A stretch of 64,000 nt of DNA from Anthoceros angustus (taxonomy: Eukaryota > Plantae > Anthocerotophyta): the NCBI GenBank assembly GCA_010909165.1, contig MU008204.1, positions 141,810 to 205,809 of the forward strand, given 5' to 3'. The translations under genes and the position numbers were made by a program. The notes under the pieces are model-generated. The model searched no databases, was not told the origin of the DNA, and worked only from the letters and a program-made list of their open reading frames with translations. Position 1 is the stretch's first letter. Each line of letters opens with the position of its first letter. Shown here piece by piece: positions 62,955 through 64,000 of the stretch.

Positions 62955-63680
62955 TGGACAGTTTGCCGGCATGTTAGTGACCGTGATGATCTGATGTGGT
63001 ATATGGGCGCCTTTATGCCCACGCCTATGTTGATAATATGTGTTGTATGGCCGCCGGCATGCCAACGCCCATGTGGTTTTTTTGCATTACATTGGAGCCA
63101 ACATGTCGGCGCCTATGTGCATAGCTCTGGTTACGTAGGCGCCGGCATGCCAGCACCTATGTGGAAAGTATGCGCTACGTTGGCGCTGGCACGCCGGCGC
63201 CTATGTGGATAGTATGCATTTCATTGGCGCCAACATGCAGGTGCCTATGTGCATATATTGTGTTCCAGGGGTATCGGCATGCCAGTGCTTTTCTGGATAT
63301 TATTTATTTCTTAAGCCCAGCATGCTAGTGCCTATGATGCTATGCGTTACATGACCGCCAGCATGCTGTCGCCCATGTGGTGTAGCGGGCATGCCATTGC
63401 CTATGTGGATACTATGCGTTACATGATTGTGCATCGGCATTCCGGTACCTAATCGCCTATGTGCATGCACGCTGCTGGCTTTGTGGGCATTGTGCGGTAT
63501 ATGGGCGCTGGCGTGCCGATACCCATGTGGACATTATTTGTTCCAAAGGCGCTGGCATGCCGGCGCCTGAGTGGGTATTATGTGTTGTATGCCGGCGCCC
63601 AAGTAGGTTATATGATTTCCATGGGCGCCGGCAAGTTTTCGCCCAGGTTGACATTGTATATTCCATGGGCTCTAGCATAA
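62955..63680. repeat. 44-bp tandem array (about 14-15 copies) with a 20-bp palindromic core
   Basis: Core centres at 62970, 63014, 63058, 63102, 63146, 63190, 63234, 63278, 63321, 63362 and onward to 63512, 63556, 63632. Consensus GGCGCCGGCATGCCGGCGCC followed by tatgtgg and AT-rich linker. Confidence 0.92.
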
Positions 63681-64000
63681 CCACGCTACTGCATCTTTTA
63701 AACACAATGGGCCTCGCATACGCTCCTTTTCAGATGAATCAACTGTTATTCACATAATAGAATGTCCACATCGCAACCCGCCGTCATGCGCCACAGTGCT
63801 GATCGTCCAGGGCCTTCTACCCATAACAAGCTGTCTTTTTGTGATGCTTTGAAGGATCAATGTGCAATACTCCATGTGTTGACAAGTGTCTAGTTTTCCG
63901 GTTGTACAGAGGTTTATGAAGGGGCACTTGCATCCCATCGACTGCGTCTCTAGGACGAGCGGGACAAAGCAGTAAAGCATCGTTCTAAAAGTTATGCTCA

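Noticed and set aside
62955-63680. CRISPR-like appearance (palindromic repeat with regular spacing)
   Set aside because: The linkers are homologous to each other rather than unique spacers, the repeats are degenerate, no cas genes are present, and the context is eukaryotic.

Overview
Eukaryotic nuclear DNA from a seed-free land plant. Short introns, PLS-PPR genes with a PGxSWW box, and compact gene spacing are most consistent with a hornwort (inference). Host genes, in order: a partial PLS-PPR (-), intronless TAF13 (+), a PHD / 3x MBD9-like / AT-hook chromatin protein (+), eIF4G (-), RPS16 (-), a PLS-E PPR (-), MER3/RCK helicase (+), HCF173 (+), cytokinin dehydrogenase CKX (+), and two paralogous small basic proteins (+). 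Transposon-derived tracts lie at about 20-25 kb, 30.5-41 kb and 57.7-64 kb. Main discoveries: (1) a decayed DNA-transposon-like element carrying a prokaryote-type beta-class N4C/N6A DNA methyltransferase, divergent from a truncated transposase and next to a 44-bp array of GC palindromes; (2) a PPR editing factor whose DYW deaminase survives only as a fossil after the stop codon and has been duplicated in inverted orientation into a long hairpin; (3) an eIF4G with a spliced C-terminal W2/HEAT-3 domain, which angiosperm eIF4G lacks; (4) a uORF built from a duplicate of MER3's own first exon and intron. Some single-base frameshifts and an indel-rich tandem duplication suggest long-read consensus errors. 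All splice models and motif alignments were read by eye; no searches were run.
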